Shown piece after piece: positions 62,844-64,000 of a stretch of 64,000 nucleotides of DNA. Origin of the DNA: Podarcis erhardii (Eukaryota). The stretch lies in assembly GCA_964252035.1 (NCBI GenBank), contig OZ176201.1; one strand, written 5' to 3'. Both the position numbers and the translations under genes were made by a program. The notes under the pieces were generated by a model, which was not told where the DNA came from, searched no databases, and saw only the letters and a list, made by a program, of their open reading frames with translations. Each line of letters opens with the position of its first letter. The first letter of the stretch is position 1.

Positions 62844-64000
62844 CACCAGGCTGTTGTTTATCAACTACGAACACCAAACACAAAATATCAGACATCAAAT
62901 GTCAACAATGACTGTAGAATATTCAGAGTAGATGGGTATTCAGAAAGGCTTTGGAGAATACATCCAATATCAACATTTGCAAAAGAGAACTTCTGGGAGC
63001 AAATTCCTTTCAGTTTCATATCAGGGAAAGCTACATATTCAGAGGATGTTAGGCTGCAAATAAAACAATTTACGTGAACAAATTATGCATTCTTCCCTCA
63101 AACATGATTGCTTGTTGCTACAAATCCTAATAACCTTTAGCTGCACAGTGGGTAAGAGAGGATAGAGAGTAAGTCTGGTCTTGCAAATTGTGGCTCTTGT
63201 TTTCCTCCGCTCTTTGCTTTGGTTATTTATATCTCTGTCATGATCAATGTGGTAAGCCTCTCATAAAAGGTCTTTTTTATTAAAAGGTCCCTAAGTATTT
63301 AATCAAAGCTGCATTGATCATAGCTCAGCTAGTGTTTATAGTGTTTATGTACCTTGAAGACACTTGACGGTGGGAGCAGAGTGACAGAATGCAAAATTAA
63401 TTACAGCTGTAGCCTGTTCTGGCATGCAGTTTATCCTTCAACAAAAGAAGTGTCAAGCTATAGGAATATTTTAGATTGTTGTGCTGCCTCCTTGGACTTC
63501 TAATCCGTCTTTCCTCACTGCCTTTTTGCAAAGTAACAAAATCAATGGGATGCATTTACCAACCATAGCAGAAGAAAATTCACCCTTGGTCTGCTTGCAA
63601 TTTTCAGCTCAGGATAATAGTCTGGACTGAAAGTTTGCTCATGTTGAAGAGACCACAGGGACAACACATCAGTCTCAAACAGCAATACAACATGTGCATC
63701 ACACTAGGGTTTGGCTTGGTTTTGCTGATGGTGGAGCACTGTATACAGTTTTGTGGATGTGACAGGGCATTCATATTATTGCTTTGTCACCCTAACCTCT
63801 TTCTGCTACCCCTTTCTGAGTCAAATCAACTGGCTGTGATCCCCAAACTTCACTTTGTAAAGCACTTTGCTTCTCTCTATCTGGTGAAGCTTCATCTGCA
63901 TGCTCACAGCAGCATAGATTTGGGTCACTTTTGCATGCTCTTTTCTAAATTCCCCCCATTTATTTATTTCTGCTATTGTGGAAACCCTCTTGGTTTATAT

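Noticed and set aside
1027-62931. Most short ORFs in the six-frame track
   Set aside because: They are repeat-derived, antisense shadows or low-complexity, with no recognisable domains. No viral (EVE) or prokaryotic genes were seen.

Overview
This is vertebrate genomic DNA with a squamate repeat complement. Sauria SINE, Squam3, BovB, L2, CR1, L1 and Tc1/pogo and hAT MITEs match a lacertid-type lizard; family names come from recalled consensus sequences, not a database search. No host protein-coding exon could be identified with confidence, so the window looks intronic or intergenic. The most notable content is a family of tyrosine-recombinase (DIRS/Ngaro-type) retroelements. One is a decayed coding copy on the minus strand at ~58.2-62.2 kb, with RNase H, tyrosine recombinase and SGNH hydrolase remnants. 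The other is a ~0.8-kb non-coding mini-element at 10.7-11.5 kb. Together they carry three sequence-divergent copies of a ~280-350-nt cassette closed by the same inverted repeat (AGGCATTGGT...ACCAATGCCT), with covarying internal hairpins. This is a candidate structured ncRNA or cis-acting module. Also notable are a full-length 1.96-kb RT-less L1-type element with a coiled-coil ORF, and a perfect 127-bp inverted duplication that flanks a ~1.9-kb inversion splitting an L2 3' end.
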